Source: Bacteroides sp.
Lineage (GTDB): Bacteria > Bacteroidota > Bacteroidia > Bacteroidales > Bacteroidaceae
DNA length: 64,000 nucleotides
Strand: one strand, 5' to 3'
NCBI RefSeq assembly: GCF_019416685.1
Contig: NZ_DXWV01000071.1
This document shows, piece after piece, positions 61,670 through 64,000 of the stretch (within the stretch, counting starts at the first letter, position 1; each line of letters starts with the position of its first letter). The notes below the pieces were generated by a model. The model did not search any database and was not told the origin of the DNA. It was given only the letters and a program-made list of their open reading frames with translations. The translations under genes and the position numbers were made by a program.

Positions 61670-63813
61670 TGGCATTAACTATTAAGACGCAAAAGGGAAT
61701 ATACGATGTTCCAGGTGATTTCCAGATGGAAGTCGAAATTACTTCTCCTATTTACACGGATAAAGGAAGCCAAACGTTAGCATCCACATTGCCAGGGACT
61801 AAACGTAATCTTTATCTGGTTGATTACATACACCGGGAAGATATAGTAAATGCGCCGGGGAAAGACGTAATGGCTATTATTGCCGATGGTATTTATCGAA
61901 GGACGGGGAAGCAAAATATAACGTCAGCCAGTAGGGAAAGCGGTGTAGTAGCTAATTTTGGTTTTGATGAAAGTTTGATGTATGAAGCTTGGAATAATGT
62001 TTCATTGAAGAAATTACCCGAACTACCAATATATAAGCCAGAAGGAGGAATAACCGTATTAATGAATCACTTAAGCGATGTCATGCGCTATTATGTGACA
62101 GCAGATTATTATGTTTTCCCGATACAGGTGAAGGCTGAATCTTTGAATGATGTTGTTTATCCTGAATTTATTAATCCCATAGAGAAAGTTAATCACGATG
62201 TCTATGATTTAAAGAAAAATGCCCGTACTGAAAAAATGGTACTTTCCGGATCATTAGTAGATGTAAAATTACCCGCTGGGTATGGGATATCTCCTTTTAT
62301 AAAGGTGTCTAGGATACTGGAACTGATCTTTTCGGCTTATGGTTTCAAGCTGATAGAGAATCCTTTTGCCACTCATTATCAACTTAAGAAAATGGTAGTG
62401 CTTAATAATGTGGCGGATGCAATTGTTCAAGGGCAGATAGAATATAAAAATATGATGCCGGATTGTTCTGTAAATGATTTCTTAGACGCTTTGTTTTGTA
62501 GGACTGGTGCTAAAGTTTTTGTAGATGGTAATACCAGAACGGCAAAAGTCATTCTGATAAAAGATGCTATTACGACATCATCTTTTGCAGATTGGACGTT
62601 GTTTAAATCGTCGGATCTAGTTCCTAGTTATGGGGCGGCGAAACAGTTGAAACTATCCGCTGGGACTTCATTTGAAGGTGCAGACGTTGAATGTGATTCT
62701 TTTGAAGAGTTTTTGAATCAATATAAGGGTATTGTTACAGAGGTTAAAAATACAGTACCAGGATATATCCCGGATGATACATATATCTGTTATCAAGCTT
62801 CTACCGGTCGATTCTATAAGCGTAATATAATTACGAAAAGCGTGTCGATGGTATCGAGCGACTTTTTCCCCTGGGATAAAAAGACTACCAATATAGACTA
62901 TGAAGAAGTAACGGGGGCGGATGAATGTTTACCAATGGCTTTTACTAACAACCTTCTTGTACCTCAATACCTTGCAGGTACAGTTAATCTAAATACAACT
63001 TTGAGAGGGGCCAGAGTTGAAGAGCAGAAAGAAGATACACCTTTGTGTTTCTGTTTTGCAATGGGGATTGCAAACGATGAAAAGGGAAATTCTTCCGGCT
63101 ATTATTTTGGGAGTTCACTTTGTCGGGATCCAGTCGGGAATTACTTCTGTGATGAAAGTGGTAATACTTATAATTATTCGCTGGTGTTTCGTGGGAAAGA
63201 TGGGGCATTTAATTGCTTTTTTAAAGAATGGGACGCTATTCTAAGACATTCTAATCATACTTTAAGCGGAAAATTCAATTTGGATCGTATAAATTTGACT
63301 AAGATCGATACTGGACGTCCTCTTTCTATAGCCGGTCAAAAGGTAATGATTGAAAGCGTTAAGCATACTATGCCTTATCGTATAGATAAACCGGCTACGG
63401 TGAAATTAAGGACCATTAAGCTTTTAAAACCTTATGATCTTGAATTGGAACAAGGGATAACGGAAATGAAACCACAGACTACTAAATGGCTACTTATTTC
63501 ATATGCTGAGAATATTTTTAGGGCAGCTATCACACTATCTAGAGATAAATACGGAGTGAATGATAGAAATGTTCTTATGACTGATATTGTGAAAGAAGTA
63601 GTTACTAATCCAACTGACGAAGAGTTTGCAGCATATTTACCACCTTCGGAAGAGGATGTAACTAGCCAAAGAGAGATTCTGAATGTATATCAGGCTAAAT
63701 TAAAATATAGAGTCTCAATAATAATAGGAAATGCACCCAATACGCAAATTATAAGTACTGACTATGAGGATGATTTAACATACGAAGCGGGAATGCGAGC
63801 TGAAAGAAGATAG
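61669..63813 (+). CDS. Tail / baseplate protein (714 aa, function unassigned)
   Basis: TAATG coupling to the tape measure gene. This position is typical of distal-tail or tail-tip proteins. Confidence 0.55.
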   Translation: MALTIKTQKGIYDVPGDFQMEVEITSPIYTDKGSQTLASTLPGTKRNLYLVDYIHREDIVNAPGKDVMAIIADGIYRRTGKQNITSASRESGVVANFGFDESLMYEAWNNVSLKKLPELPIYKPEGGITVLMNHLSDVMRYYVTADYYVFPIQVKAESLNDVVYPEFINPIEKVNHDVYDLKKNARTEKMVLSGSLVDVKLPAGYGISPFIKVSRILELIFSAYGFKLIENPFATHYQLKKMVVLNNVADAIVQGQIEYKNMMPDCSVNDFLDALFCRTGAKVFVDGNTRTAKVILIKDAITTSSFADWTLFKSSDLVPSYGAAKQLKLSAGTSFEGADVECDSFEEFLNQYKGIVTEVKNTVPGYIPDDTYICYQASTGRFYKRNIITKSVSMVSSDFFPWDKKTTNIDYEEVTGADECLPMAFTNNLLVPQYLAGTVNLNTTLRGARVEEQKEDTPLCFCFAMGIANDEKGNSSGYYFGSSLCRDPVGNYFCDESGNTYNYSLVFRGKDGAFNCFFKEWDAILRHSNHTLSGKFNLDRINLTKIDTGRPLSIAGQKVMIESVKHTMPYRIDKPATVKLRTIKLLKPYDLELEQGITEMKPQTTKWLLISYAENIFRAAITLSRDKYGVNDRNVLMTDIVKEVVTNPTDEEFAAYLPPSEEDVTSQREILNVYQAKLKYRVSIIIGNAPNTQIISTDYEDDLTYEAGMRAERR

Positions 63814-63859
63814 TTTTTTTGTCCTTTGGCAAATATGGGAATTTCAACAAATTTGTAAT

Positions 63860-64000
63860 ATGAAAACTGAAACAATATTATCTGCACCGGAATTGACAAA
63901 CGTTTCTGATGCATTTTCTAAATTTAGAACGTTACCTGGAAATGAAATTAAAACGAGTAATGATTTTTATTCTTTTCTCGTGATGCCCAGTGTTGAAAGA
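63860..64000 (+). CDS. Hypothetical tail-region protein, 5' part only (runs off the window)
   Basis: ATG at 63860 and open to the end of the window (47 codons). Confidence 0.4.
   Translation, partial: MKTETILSAPELTNVSDAFSKFRTLPGNEIKTSNDFYSFLVMPSVER

Larger units (their letters stand above)
27645..64000. mobile_element. Integrated tailed-phage genome (siphovirus-like prophage), right end beyond the window
   Basis: Contains a divergent CI-like repressor, an early/replication module, an S49 protease, a capsid candidate, a large terminase, a GH24 lysozyme, a 1383-aa tape measure protein and a tail gene. All genes except the repressor are on the plus strand and tightly packed. Confidence 0.88.

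Noticed and set aside
57518-64000. Diversity-generating retroelement (common in Bacteroidota prophage tail regions).
   Set aside because: No reverse transcriptase ORF and no TR/VR-type near-identical repeat pair could be found by eye in the tail region inside the window. One may still exist further downstream.

Overview
The window is a Bacteroidota chromosome segment. Supporting signs are SusC/SusD genes, TAnnTTTG-type promoter motifs, T9SS C-terminal sorting domains, and roughly 40% GC by eye. It has four parts. (1) 1-5.0 kb holds a conserved exbB-exbD-exbD-tonB cluster followed by a PstS-like binding protein and a TPR protein. (2) 5.4-23.4 kb holds a polysaccharide utilization locus (PUL) controlled by an ECF sigma / FecR anti-sigma pair. 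It contains an STN-SusC, a SusD, two GH105/PF07470 unsaturated-uronyl hydrolases, a GH76-like protein, a PF14099-like putative lyase, a DUF2264-like protein and a paralogous binding-module protein. Four of these proteins end in T9SS C-terminal domains. Two copies of a long palindromic repeat element bracket the locus. (3) 23.5-27.5 kb holds a DoxX-like membrane protein, a 740-bp intergenic region packed with repeats, and an ABC-ATPase / membrane protein / GntR(YtrA-like) operon. (4) From about 27.65 kb to the window end lies a siphovirus-like prophage of at least 36 kb that runs off the right edge. A 21-nt tRNA 3'-end fragment sits at its left junction. The prophage carries a CI-like repressor, an early region rich in small Zn-ribbon ORFs, YopX, a radical SAM enzyme, a Toprim/SF3 primase-helicase, and an iteron region. 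Its late genes include an S49 protease, a capsid candidate, a large terminase, a GH24 lysozyme, a 1383-aa tape measure protein and a tail protein. No integrase, reverse transcriptase or CRISPR array is visible in the window. The items most worth following up are: a tRNA-like gene with an aberrant anticodon arm flanked by 58-nt direct repeats; the phage radical SAM enzyme and its Zn-ribbon neighbours; an AT-rich moron island (KilA-N, lipoprotein, unknown ORF) inside the tail module; a self-contained higBA moron; a promoter / terminator / 74-nt hairpin leader in front of the tail operon; and the palindromic elements around the PUL. All functional calls come from reading motifs by eye. No database search was run.
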